A stretch of 64,000 nt of DNA from Acidobacteriota bacterium (GCA_965225995.1 CBDDCF010000019.1:11310-75309); one strand, 5' to 3'. Positions 48,042 through 57,159 are shown, numbered from the stretch's first letter. Numbers and translations: made by a program. The notes: generated from the sequence alone by a model not told the origin.

Positions 48042-50030
48042 CTAGTGTCCACCGACGAGTATAAACGCCGCCCAGTAGTAAGGTGCTCGGTCGCCTCGTC
48101 TAATCAACATCAATGTGGCTTCTCGCAAAGACTGGGGCTTGCTCTTCCCTTCCCGAATCCCCCGAAAGAATTCGACGATCAGATCTCGTGTCGGTGCATC
48201 AGGGACCTTCCACAGGCTGACTAATAAGGACTCGGCTCCTGCAGCAAGAAAGCTTCTCCGCAACCCCAAGACACCTTCCGGGCCATACACAAGTCCTTCT
48301 CCCGTGCTACAGGCAGAGAGCACCACCAATTCTGTCGCGGAAAAATCCATGCCCAGGATTTCGAGGGCCGTCAGGTACCCGTCCTCCTGTCCGTCCCCCC
48401 CTTGATTCGCGCCCGAGAAGACGACTCCGGAATGCACCAGGGGATCAAATGCCATCGGCCTTTCGTCGAAGTAACGGACGGTTCCGGCTGGGGAAGCACA
48501 GTCGGCAAAATAGCCGTGAGTCGAGAGTAGAACGAAGCGATGGGCAGAGGCTTCTCGCTTGAAGTTCGCCTCCGTGGCCTCGGGACCCGTCCGCACTGTG
48601 GCCTCCCAGAGCTCGGCCACTTTTCCGACTTCTTCAAGCGTCTCATCCAAATCCTCCCAGGATGCATTCACGCCTGCGCAATAGCCTCGACTGACATCTC
48701 GACCCGTCCCAAACTCGCTCGGGAGAGTTGGATAGATCTTCGAATACTGTGCGCCTCCGACGGCATATAGTTCCCGGCCCCCCGCTGTTTGTGGTTTCCG
48801 CTCCAGTTCTCTGGCGGTGCCGAGGTAGCTCACGGTGTAATCTTCCAGCAGGAACCGATCATCCAAGTCGATGAGGGTCTCAAAAGGAAGCAGGTGAAGT
48901 GCGCCATCGGGTATGATGAGGAGGCGACGGATCCCGGGACCCCATCGCTCCTTCAGGGGCTTGAACAGTCGCGCATAAAGCGTCGCTGCCGACCTTTTGT
49001 AGTCAACTACGCCCTCCGTCCATCGCAGATCTTGAACATCAGCCTCAGCCTCACGGGCGTCGTAAAGCGGTACCAAGTCTACTTCATCCCGCTGGATCAC
49101 AAATGCCACCAGGGTACCCAAGGCTGCGTATTCGATAAGCGCCGTGTCTTCCGGAAGCAACGCTCGCACCTGATCCAAGGATAGGTCTTCACTCACAAAC
49201 AAGTCATCGGCCGCGCGACTCAATGCTGCCTCGACGAGCCGCCGTTCATTCAGGAGTTCCTCCAAGCGAGCCAACAGCACATCGGCATGCTGTGAATCTC
49301 CTCTCTGGATGGCAATGTTGACCTTTGAGATTTGGGAGAGAACTCTTCGGCGTCGAACCCACAGATTGTCGTCGCCGTTGGACGCGGCCAGTTCCCGTCT
49401 TCGGATGAGGGCTCTGAGCACACTCATCCGGTGATTTCCCACGAGTGTGAAGGCCTCTTCTACGCGTCCCAGGTTGAAGGCTGCGGCAGCCGCAAGGAAA
49501 TACGAAGGTCGCGAGGAAAGCGAAAAATATTCGGCGGCGGCCTGACTTCCAGCCTGAAGCGAAGAGACTGTGCGAAGTTCAAACCCCCGCGCCGACTCAA
49601 TTGCGGATTCCAGCGCCCCTTCCCAGTCTCCGAGACGAAGCTGGGCGACACTCATATGATGGTAGATGATGGGGATGTCTGGATCTTCTGCTGCGACTCG
49701 GGGTAGGACCTGCCGTAGCAGTCTCAAACCCGATTCCGGTTTACCTAGTCGGATCTGGGCCATGCCGAGATCAATCCCGGGAACGACGAAGTCTGGGATT
49801 TCAAATGCAGAATCCGGAAAAATTCTCTCGGCAGCCAGGAGATGCTGTTGAGCTTCGGTCAGTTGGCCATTCTGGTAGGCCGCCAATGCCATCGCGGAGC
49901 GAATCGAGACTTGTCCAGGAGTTCCTTCGCTGAAACTGAGCGCGACCCGATAGCTGCGCAACGCCTCTTCGTAGTTTCTCGTACCAGCCAGAGTTGAACC
50001 CAACGGGACGAGGACTGACACTAGACCCAA
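48042..50030 (-). CDS. TPR + CHAT (caspase-like protease) domain protein; 5' end uncertain
   Basis: N-terminal TPR-like repeats and a C-terminal CHAT domain with His and Cys contexts (LLSTHGYF, VVLSACSTGEG). The only start is a TTG at 50030. The frame stays open to 50096 and abuts the IS1380-like element, so the gene may be 5'-truncated. Confidence 0.75.
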   Translation of the reverse strand: MGLVSVLVPLGSTLAGTRNYEEALRSYRVALSFSEGTPGQVSIRSAMALAAYQNGQLTEAQQHLLAAERIFPDSAFEIPDFVVPGIDLGMAQIRLGKPESGLRLLRQVLPRVAAEDPDIPIIYHHMSVAQLRLGDWEGALESAIESARGFELRTVSSLQAGSQAAAEYFSLSSRPSYFLAAAAAFNLGRVEEAFTLVGNHRMSVLRALIRRRELAASNGDDNLWVRRRRVLSQISKVNIAIQRGDSQHADVLLARLEELLNERRLVEAALSRAADDLFVSEDLSLDQVRALLPEDTALIEYAALGTLVAFVIQRDEVDLVPLYDAREAEADVQDLRWTEGVVDYKRSAATLYARLFKPLKERWGPGIRRLLIIPDGALHLLPFETLIDLDDRFLLEDYTVSYLGTARELERKPQTAGGRELYAVGGAQYSKIYPTLPSEFGTGRDVSRGYCAGVNASWEDLDETLEEVGKVAELWEATVRTGPEATEANFKREASAHRFVLLSTHGYFADCASPAGTVRYFDERPMAFDPLVHSGVVFSGANQGGDGQEDGYLTALEILGMDFSATELVVLSACSTGEGLVYGPEGVLGLRRSFLAAGAESLLVSLWKVPDAPTRDLIVEFFRGIREGKSKPQSLREATLMLIRRGDRAPYYWAAFILVGGH

Positions 50031-50146
50031 AGCAAGTACATCAGTGTTGATTCCAAGGGCCTGAAAAGGCCCGAAATGCCAGTCCTGACGGGTATTCTAG
50101 GGTTGCAAAAAAACTCTGGAAAACACCGAAAAGAAAGGCATTTCAG

Positions 50147-50335
50147 GTGAACCCAAAAGATATCGAAATCCTGCGCGGGGGCAACATCCATTATGCGATT
50201 TCGGATCGAGTCCGAGCCGTGGACTGCGGGGGGCTGGGTGTGATCCAGCTGCTGGTCAAGCAGCTGGAACTGGCCGAAACCATCGACCAACGGGTGAAGG
50301 TGCTGGAGCGGCATCTGCCGTACCGGGAATCGGAT
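50147..50335 (+). pseudogene. IS1380-like transposase, 5' fragment (63 codons)
   Basis: ...GGLGVIQLLVKQLELAETIDQRVKVLERHLPYRESD ends exactly at the insertion site of the IS1595-family element. It resumes in frame at 52449 (HVLNLIYNV...). Confidence 0.75.
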
Positions 50336-50347
50336 GGGAATTATATA

Positions 50348-50376
50348 TTGACTTACCCAAGATTATCGACTATACT
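50348..50376 (+). promoter_or_regulatory. candidate sigma70 promoter inside the left terminal repeat (TTGACT-17 nt-TATACT)
   Basis: TTGACT at 50348..50353 and TATACT at 50371..50376, followed by AAGGAG and the transposase ATG at 50400. Confidence 0.45.
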
Positions 50377-50399
50377 GTTTTCAGTAAAGGAGATAGAAA

Positions 50400-51332
50400 A
50401 TGTCAGGTACGGCCCCAGGTAAGTCCCACAGGAAAGGTCTTTCGCTCATTCAATTGACAAGGATATTCCCATCCGATCTCAAGGCCGAGCAGTGGTTCGT
50501 TAAGATGCGCTGGCCCAAAGGCGTCCAGTGTATCCGTTGCGGATCGGCTAACATTCAGGAGCGCCCGACCCGGAAGCCTCAACCTTTCCGATGCCGGGAT
50601 TGCCGCAAGGATTTTTCGGTCAAGACCGGAACATTGATGCACAACTCGCGTCTCGGTTGCCAGACTTGGGCTATCGCCATCTATCTTGTGACAACTCACC
50701 TGAAGGGCGTCAGCAGCATGAAGCTCCACCGCGATCTGAACATCACGCAAAAGAGTGCATGGTATCTCTCGCACCGCATCCGAGACGCATGGGAGAAGAA
50801 AACGGGTTTGTTTGCTGGACCTGTAGAGGTGGACGAATCCTACTTTGGAGGGAAAGAGCGCAACAAGCATGCGACCCGGAAACTCCGGTCCGGGCGCGGA
50901 CCGGTCGGCAAGGTGGCTGTGGTCGGAGTCAAGGACCGCGCCACGAACCAGGTTTCCGCCACTCCCGTTCAACAACCTGACCGGAAATCCCTCAGAACCT
51001 TCGTCCGGGACCGGGTTTCCCCCAAGGCTCAGCTTTACACGGATGGCAATCCATCCTATGAAGGATTCCAGAAACACGAGGCCGTGCGCCACCATGTCGG
51101 TGAGTACGTCCGGGGTATGGCGCACACCAACGGAATTGAAAGCTTCTGGTCCATGCTCAAGCGAGGCTACATAGGAACCTTTCACCGCATCAGCCCGAAA
51201 CATCTGGGGCGCTACGTCCGGGAGTTTGCTGGGCGCCACAACGACCGTTGCCTGGACACAATCGATCAAATGGCCTCGATCGTTCGGGGCATGGACGGAA
51301 AAAGGTTGAGCTACAAAGACCTCATCGGGTAA
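50400..51332 (+). CDS. IS1595-family transposase (zinc ribbon + ISXO2-like DDE domain)
   Basis: 310-aa ORF with an N-terminal zinc ribbon (CIRCGSANI...FRCRDCRKDFSVKTGT) and a DDE region (VEVDESYFGG, LYTDGNPSY, NGIESFWSMLKRG). AAGGAG lies upstream. Confidence 0.9.
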   Translation: MSGTAPGKSHRKGLSLIQLTRIFPSDLKAEQWFVKMRWPKGVQCIRCGSANIQERPTRKPQPFRCRDCRKDFSVKTGTLMHNSRLGCQTWAIAIYLVTTHLKGVSSMKLHRDLNITQKSAWYLSHRIRDAWEKKTGLFAGPVEVDESYFGGKERNKHATRKLRSGRGPVGKVAVVGVKDRATNQVSATPVQQPDRKSLRTFVRDRVSPKAQLYTDGNPSYEGFQKHEAVRHHVGEYVRGMAHTNGIESFWSMLKRGYIGTFHRISPKHLGRYVREFAGRHNDRCLDTIDQMASIVRGMDGKRLSYKDLIG

Positions 51333-51356
51333 GTTGTTGCCATGGAACGCATAGTC

Positions 51357-51617
51357 CTACCCGTTTATTTCGAGTTTGATCAGGAAGCCATGGGCCGTTT
51401 TGCTGACGCGATGCGTGCGGCGGCGGCTGGGTCGGAGGATGTGCTTGGCCATCTTTCGGGAGAGTGCTTTGGCCAGATCTGGGACGAATGCGTTGAGTTC
51501 ACCGAAGGCGTGCGTCCGTTCGCAGGTGGGGCAAAGTACGTTATCGGGTTCGCCATTGACGATGACTACCTGCGCCTCCGTGCCGCATATCTGGCAGAAG
51601 AATACCGGTCTTCTCAT
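51357..51617 (-). CDS. cargo ORF 3: 86-aa zinc-ribbon protein (hypothetical)
   Basis: MRRPVFFCQICGTEAQVVIVNGEPDNVLCPTCERTHAF... (CxxC-17-CxxC). GAGGGAG lies 7 nt upstream of the ATG at 51617. It is fully antisense to the + strand ORF 51342..51635, so the strand assignment is not certain. Confidence 0.4.
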   Translation of the reverse strand: MRRPVFFCQICGTEAQVVIVNGEPDNVLCPTCERTHAFGELNAFVPDLAKALSRKMAKHILRPSRRRTHRVSKTAHGFLIKLEING

Positions 51618-51748
51618 GTCACGACTCCCTCTTAATTTGCGTTCAAATAACCCATTGGGTAAGATTCCCGGCATGGGTAAATATGCCAAGCCTCTATCTA
51701 TTCCCGATTCTCCAGAGAACGTGGCCAGGGCCGTTTTGCAGAAGAAGC

Positions 51749-52006
51749 CTAAAAAGGAGGACGCTGTATATCCTGACCATCCCTCCAATGAAATGCCTCC
51801 AGAAGCAATTGGTGAAGCCGTGAAATATTTTCAGCGTCGCTGGCGGTTAAAGTTCCAATCCTAGGCTGTTCCCTTGTCACCCGTTTTACGTAGTGAGCAA
51901 GACGATTAAGAAACTTCTGCTTAACTTCTTGGTCCAGCTCTCGAATCGTGAGATTTAAGGATTCAAAGAATCCTGATATTGCGTTACATGTTTCTTCAGG
52001 CGTCAT
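51749..52006 (-). CDS. cargo ORF 2: 85-aa hypothetical protein
   Basis: Internal ATG of ORF 51749..52105 (MTPEETCNAISGFFESLNLTIRELDQEVKQKFLNRLAHYVKR...). It starts 14 nt after the stop of cargo ORF 1 and has no clear Shine-Dalgarno. It overlaps the + strand ORF 51673..51864 (MGKYAKPLSIPDSPENVARAVLQKKPKKE...). Confidence 0.3.
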   Translation of the reverse strand: MTPEETCNAISGFFESLNLTIRELDQEVKQKFLNRLAHYVKRVTREQPRIGTLTASDAENISRLHQLLLEAFHWRDGQDIQRPPF

Positions 52007-52020
52007 AATTGGTTTATAGG

Positions 52021-52251
52021 CTAATTTGGAATCAATTCGACAAACCCACGCACCACTGTTCTGGTGCGCCCGATGGCTGGACCGGAGACCGTCCCCGGAG
52101 CGCACATAAGATCGTCATCCGACCTAGGCAACCGTTCCGACGACAGGATGTATTGACGGAGTTCCTCTTGATTTTTCTTGGGAAGCCGGAGATAGGGAGC
52201 CCGGTCTTTTTCGGGTAGGTGGGATAGTAACTCGGCTAGTATTAAGGCCAT
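52021..52251 (-). CDS. cargo ORF 1: 76-aa hypothetical protein
   Basis: MALILAELLSHLPEKDRAPYLRLPKKNQEELRQYILSSERLP.... GAGGAG lies 8 nt upstream of the ATG at 52251. It is the first ORF downstream of the right-end promoter candidate. Confidence 0.45.
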   Translation of the reverse strand: MALILAELLSHLPEKDRAPYLRLPKKNQEELRQYILSSERLPRSDDDLMCAPGTVSGPAIGRTRTVVRGFVELIPN

Positions 52252-52360
52252 TTCGAGTTCTCCTCGTTAGGAGAACCCTTGACCTTGACTCAAGAGGTGA
52301 GGCACAATGCCGACATCTCTAGAGTATCTTCTGCCGGGTTCCCTGTTAAGGCGGCAGACA

Positions 52361-52389
52361 AAAAGACCGGGCAGAAACCCGGTTTTTTT
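52361..52389. terminator. bidirectional intrinsic-terminator-like hairpin
   Basis: AAAAG-ACCGGG-CAGAAA-CCCGGT-TTTTTT: a 6-bp stem (52366..52371 with 52378..52383) flanked by an A run and a T run. Confidence 0.5.
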
Positions 52390-52398
52390 GCGTCAGGG

Positions 52399-52428
52399 AC
52401 TATAATACCACACTGGCGGGTAAGTCAA
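52399..52428 (-). promoter_or_regulatory. candidate inward-facing promoter in the right terminal repeat
   Basis: On the minus strand: TTGACT (52428..52423), then TGgTATTAT (extended -10, 15-nt spacer) or TATAGT (18-nt spacer). Confidence 0.35.
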
Positions 52429-52448
52429 TATATAATCCCCAATCGGAT

Positions 52449-53690
52449 CATGTGCTCAATCTGATTTACAACGTCATGACGGGCGGTAGCTGCCTGCAGG
52501 ACGTGGAGGCTCGACGCCGGGACCCGGTGTATCTGGACGCGCTGGGGGCCCGCAAGGTGCTGGCGCCGTCCACGGAGGGGGACTTCCTGCGGCGCTTCGA
52601 CAGGAATTCGATCTGGGATCTGATGGAAGCGGTCAATGAGGCGCGACGGAAAGTGTGGTCGAACCAAGACAAGGAGTTTCACCGTCAGGCCACGATTGAT
52701 GTGGACGGGACGATCGCCCCGACGGATGGACAGTGTAAGAGCGGAATCGGAATGAGCTACACCGGCCACTGGAGCTATCATCCGCTGGTAGTGTCTGTGG
52801 CTGAGACCAACGAGGTGCTCTATTTGGTGAATCGGGCGGGCAACCGACCCTCCCATGAAGGCGCGGCCGAGGTGCTGGATCGGGCCATCGAGTTGGTGCG
52901 CGGTGGTGGTTTCCAGAAGGTGTTGCTGCGGGGCGACACGGATTTTACGCAGACGCGTCATCTGGACCGCTGGGATCAGGAGGGCGTAGAGTTTCTCTTT
53001 GGGGCGGATTCCAGCCAGGGGTTGGTTGGTCGGGCCGAAGGACTGGAGCCCAGCGCCTGGAGTCGGCTGGATCGGGCAAAGAAGAAGAAACTGCGAAGAC
53101 GGCGGCGCAAGAATATCCGCCAGGCCCTGGTCAAAAAGAATGGCTATCGCAATCTGCAACTGGAGCGGGAAGATGTGGCCGAGCTGGCCTAGCGACCGGC
53201 GGCCTGCAAGCAGAACTATCGGCTGGTGGTGGTGCGAAAGCAAATTACGGTCACCCAAGGACAGGGACGGCTCTTTGACGAGACCCGCTATCTGTTCTAT
53301 CTGACCAACCTGCGAAAGGAGTCGGCCAGGGAAGTGGTTTTCTCAGCCAATCGTCGCTGCCATCAGGAGAATGTGGTGGAGCAGCTCAAGAACGGGGTTC
53401 AGGCGATGCGGATGCCCTCGGACAGCCTCGAGTCCAACTGGGCGTACCTGGTGATTGCTGCCCAGGCCTGGAACTTGAAAGCCTGGCTGGGCCTGGTGCA
53501 ATCCGACAAGACGATGGGGCAGCGGATTCTGAAGATGGAGTATCGCCGGTTCCTGCGCCAGCTGGTTCAGATTCCTTGCCAGATCCTGCAGCGGGGGCGA
53601 CGTCTTCTTTACCGGCTGCTGAACGTCAACGACTGGACCGAAACGCTGCTGAGCGGAGTGCCGTCGCCCAAGCGGGTCCGCTACGGCTAA
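52449..53690 (+). pseudogene. IS1380-like transposase, 3' part, with in-frame TAG
   Basis: ORFs 52452..53192 and 53226..53690 share one frame, separated by a TAG at 53190..53192 (EDVAELA*RPAACKQNYRLVVVRKQ). DDE-region motifs include IDVDGTIAP and LRGDTDF. Confidence 0.75.
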
Positions 53691-54214
53691 CCCGCCACAG
53701 GACAAAGCAAAGAAAATCCACGGAGGTTCAAGGGCTGAGGTCGAAGTCTGTTCGAAAACGGCCGAAAATCCCGATTCTTGCCTCTCGATCCCACTCCGAA
53801 GTCCCTCCAGCAGGAGATCACCGTCGGATGCGCCCGACTCGCGCAGCCTTCAGTCCGAAAGTCGACCACAGAGGGCTAAATGACCCTCAAAAAGAGTCAA
53901 TCGAGCGGCCCAGAAGCTGATACGCTTATTTTGGGCCTAGACGAGAGATTCCGAAATAACGTGCCAATTGCGAACGGGTCTTGCGAGTCGAGGTCAAGGA
54001 GAGAGGAGGAAGTCGATACCCGGCATCTTCGACGACTCTCGACAGAGAGATCGGCCGCAACCCACATGTTCCCTTCGGGTTATGGGCGACGTGGGTCGAT
54101 CTGCTTTGTTGCCGACACTAGAAGATACCGGGCATCGCCGTCGTGTCGGACGCCTCGCATCTCGGCCCACGGCGCCCATAACGCAATCCGCACCATTACT
54201 CGGACAGGCTCCTA

Positions 54215-55378
54215 GTGCACTGTCCGGAAAGTTCCCGATGTTAATTGTCAGGGTAGTTTGCTATTGTTGGGCATGGCAAGACCCCACATTCGACTAAAGC
54301 TACCCGAACAAGATCGAAGAATACTGGAGTCCTGGTTGCGGGCTTCCAAGACCGATCGAGTCTTGGCCGAACGGGCTCAAATAATTCTGGCTTGCGGCCA
54401 GGGGCTGATGGCGACTGAAGTTGCGGAAAGGCTCTCCAAGCGGCTAATGAGTGTGCAAATGTGGCGCAGGCGCTATCTTGAGCAGGGAGTGTCAGGACTG
54501 GAGGATCGACCTCGATCGGGCCGTCCGCGGAAGCTATCGCATGCCAATGTGCGAGCTATTCTCAAAGCCACCGTTGAACGCATCCCACGGGAATCGACCT
54601 ACTGGAGTGTGCGACTGATGGCCGAACACTCCGGAGTGAGCAAACATCAAGTCGCCCAGATCTGGAAGGCAGCCGACCTGAAGCCGCATCGAGTCCGTAA
54701 CTTTAAAATCAGCAACGATCCTCACTTCGCCGAAAAGGTAATCGATGTGGTGGGGCTGTATATGGATCCGCCCGACAATGCGCTGGTTCTATCCGTGGAC
54801 GAGAAAACTGAGATCCAGGCTCTGGATAGAACTCAGCCGATGCTCCAGCTCAGACCTGGACAGATCCCACGCCGGACACACGATTACAAGCGCCACGGTA
54901 CAGCCAGTCTGTATGCCGCATTCGATGTGGTGACAGGTGAGGTCATGGGCCGCATCACCAATAGGCACCGAGCCAAGGAGTTCCTGGCTTTTCTCCGCCA
55001 GATTGATCAAGCGGTCGAGCCCGAACTGGATGTCCACTTAATCCTGGACAACTCGAGCACTCATAAGACCAAGCAGGTTCAAAGCTGGCTGGCCCAGCGG
55101 CCCCGATACCACCTCCACTTTACGCCCACTAGCGCCTCCTGGCTCAATGCCGTCGAAAGCTGGTTCTCACAGCTGGAGCGCCGTTCGATCTACAGAAACT
55201 CTTTCAGCAGCGTCCAAGAGTTGAGACAGGAAATCAAAAGATATATTCGGGTTCACAATCAACGCTTGGCCAAGCCCTTCAAGTGGCGCGCCACTGCTGA
55301 CTCAATCCTGGCAAAGGTCCAAAATGCTCCCGAATCGCTCGGCCAATATTAACATCGGGAACTTATCGGACAGTCCAC
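54215..55378 (+). mobile_element. IS630-family insertion sequence, copy 2 (1164 bp)
   Basis: Ends GTGCACTGTCCGGAAAGTTCCCGATGTTAA and, as reverse complement, GTGGACTGTCCGATAAGTTCCCGATGTTAA. Flanked by TA (54213-54214 and 55379-55380) within a reconstructed CTAG. Confidence 0.9.
54273..55352 (+). CDS. IS630-family DDE transposase
   Basis: Near-identical to 5419..6498. The differences seen are GPTATE/GLMATE, QIQRRT/QIPRRT, KQVHSW/KQVQSW and NARESL/NAPESL. Confidence 0.9.
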   Translation: MARPHIRLKLPEQDRRILESWLRASKTDRVLAERAQIILACGQGLMATEVAERLSKRLMSVQMWRRRYLEQGVSGLEDRPRSGRPRKLSHANVRAILKATVERIPRESTYWSVRLMAEHSGVSKHQVAQIWKAADLKPHRVRNFKISNDPHFAEKVIDVVGLYMDPPDNALVLSVDEKTEIQALDRTQPMLQLRPGQIPRRTHDYKRHGTASLYAAFDVVTGEVMGRITNRHRAKEFLAFLRQIDQAVEPELDVHLILDNSSTHKTKQVQSWLAQRPRYHLHFTPTSASWLNAVESWFSQLERRSIYRNSFSSVQELRQEIKRYIRVHNQRLAKPFKWRATADSILAKVQNAPESLGQY

Positions 55379-55440
55379 TAGCCCATTTCCACCGTTGGGA
55401 ATTGGACCCGTGAATCCCTGGACCCCTTATAATCAAAACC

Positions 55441-57111
55441 GTGGTCAGCCTACGAACATCTTTGTATGCAATCTGCCTGATGCTTCTTGCCTCCGCCGGC
55501 GCCCGAAGCCAGCGTTTGCGCTTCGAAGCGCTGGAGCCCGCCGCGACCGGGATTACCTGGATCCACGACAAGGCCACTTCAGAAGCGCACTATCTTCCCG
55601 AAACCATGGGGGCCGGCGTTGCTTTGCTCGACTTCGACGGAGACGGCTTGCTGGATCTCTACTTGGTCAACAGCGGGCCCAGTGATTTCTTCCAACCTGC
55701 GAGCCCGCTCCGCAACGCTCTTTACCGGAATAACGGAGATGGAACTTTTGCCGATGTGACTATGGAGGCGGGAGTTGCAGGTGGAAGCTTCGGCATGGGA
55801 GCTGCGGTCGGAGACTATGACAACGATGGTGATCCGGATCTGTTCATCACTTCCTACGGGGACACTCTTCTCTACCGGAATGAGGGGAATGGCCGTTTCG
55901 CCGAAGTGGGAGTTCCAGCAGGAGTTCGTCGTCGCGGATGGACTACCAGCGCGGCCTGGTTCGACTATGATCAGGACGGTTGGCTCGATCTGTTCGTGGC
56001 CAGTTTCGTCAAGTTCAGCAAAGAAGAGCACATTTCCTGTGGCCTAAATCCATTGGGCAAAGCGTACTACTGCGTTCCTCGGGTCTTCGACGCCACAGCC
56101 AGCTATCTTTTTAGTAACAAGCGCGATGGAACTTTCGATGAAACCGGCGCCTCCACTGCCATCGGCCAGACCCTGGGGAAGGCCTTGGGGGTGGTGGCAG
56201 CGGATGTCAACAATGATTCCAGACTCGATCTCTTCGTGGCTAATGACACGGTGCAGGACTTCCTTTTTCTAAATCGAGGTGAAGGAGACTGGGAAGAGGT
56301 GGGGTTATTCGCCAGCGTAGGTTTCTCGGCAACCGGCGATGTGCAATCAGGCATGGGTGTGGATGCCGCCGATTTTGACGAGGACGGGTTCCAGGACCTC
56401 TTTGTCTCCAACATCGATCACCAGAACTACTCCCTCTTCCGAAATCTGGGAGATGAGACCTTCCAGGATGTAGGACTTGCCCAGGGAGTTTGGAGCGCCA
56501 CCTTTTATCTCAGCGGATGGGGTTTGAAATTCTTCGACATAGACAACGATTCGGATTTGGATCTCCTGCTGGTGAACGGTCATCCCGACGACATGATCTC
56601 GGAGTATGCCGAGGAGGTGAGTTACCGTGAGCCTCTCATCTTGTTCGAGCAGCAGGACGGTAAGCTGAGGGATGTCAGCCTCCGAGGTGGACCCATATTC
56701 AGCCGCCCCATTTCGGGTCGAGGTATGGCGGTTGGGGACATCGACAACGACGGCCGCCCCGATGTGCTGGTCTCAGCCAGCGGAGAACCCCCTTTATTGC
56801 TCCGCAATACGAGCGAAATTGATTCTGTGTGGCTGGGGCTTCGCCTGGTCGGATTGACCTGCAATCGGGACGCCGTTGGAGCGCAGATATCCTGGATCTC
56901 CCAGGGGAAACGCTACCACCGATGGGTCAACGGTGGAGGTAGCTATCTCTCGGCTCACGATCTACGGCAGGTTCTGGGCTTTGGCGAGAAAGCGCCTGAT
57001 TGGATAGAAGTGGCGTGGCCCCGTCCTAGCACCCGGATCGAAAGGTTCGACGTTCTTGCATTGAATCGCTATGTGGTGCTCGAAGAAGGGACCGGAACGG
57101 TCGTGCCATAG
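55441..57111 (+). CDS. CRTAC1-family protein (FG-GAP/VCBS repeats + ASPIC/UnbV domain)
   Basis: Seven D-x-D-x-DG-type repeats (DFDGDGLLDLYLVN, DYDNDGDPDLFITS, DYDQDGWLDLFVAS, DVNNDSRLDLFVAN, DFDEDGFQDLFVSN, DIDNDSDLDLLLVN, DIDNDGRPDVLVS) are followed by a UnbV-like C-terminus (WLGLRLVGLTCNRDAVGAQI...GGSYLSAHD). GTG start with a signal-like N-terminus. Confidence 0.85.
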   Translation: MVSLRTSLYAICLMLLASAGARSQRLRFEALEPAATGITWIHDKATSEAHYLPETMGAGVALLDFDGDGLLDLYLVNSGPSDFFQPASPLRNALYRNNGDGTFADVTMEAGVAGGSFGMGAAVGDYDNDGDPDLFITSYGDTLLYRNEGNGRFAEVGVPAGVRRRGWTTSAAWFDYDQDGWLDLFVASFVKFSKEEHISCGLNPLGKAYYCVPRVFDATASYLFSNKRDGTFDETGASTAIGQTLGKALGVVAADVNNDSRLDLFVANDTVQDFLFLNRGEGDWEEVGLFASVGFSATGDVQSGMGVDAADFDEDGFQDLFVSNIDHQNYSLFRNLGDETFQDVGLAQGVWSATFYLSGWGLKFFDIDNDSDLDLLLVNGHPDDMISEYAEEVSYREPLILFEQQDGKLRDVSLRGGPIFSRPISGRGMAVGDIDNDGRPDVLVSASGEPPLLLRNTSEIDSVWLGLRLVGLTCNRDAVGAQISWISQGKRYHRWVNGGGSYLSAHDLRQVLGFGEKAPDWIEVAWPRPSTRIERFDVLALNRYVVLEEGTGTVVP

Positions 57112-57159
57112 GACAGCATTCTTGCCGCCACCGAGCAAGCAATGTCTTGCCCTTCGCCA

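Larger units (their letters stand above)
50336..52440 (+). mobile_element. IS1595-family element with passenger region (2105 bp)
   Basis: 23-bp terminal inverted repeats GGGAATTATATATTGACTTACCC (50336..50358) and GGGGATTATATATTGACTTACCC (reverse complement of 52418..52440), matching at 22/23. An exact 8-bp direct duplication AATCGGAT lies at 50328..50335 and 52441..52448. Confidence 0.9.

Noticed and set aside
51342-51635. 97-aa + strand ORF directly after the IS1595 transposase as the real cargo gene
   Set aside because: It is not discarded outright, but ranked below the antisense zinc-ribbon ORF. That ORF has a strong GAGGGAG SD and is co-oriented with the SD-bearing ORF at 52251. The + ORF has no SD. 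Conservation data are needed to settle this.
54195-54235. Palindrome CGGACAG-GCTCCTAGTGCA-CTGTCCG at the left junction of IS630 copy 2, as a tandem-IS or circle junction
   Set aside because: Only about 12-13 nt upstream resemble an IS630 right end (TTACTCGGACAGG versus TTATCGGACAG). Nothing further upstream matches. This is too little to claim a second element.
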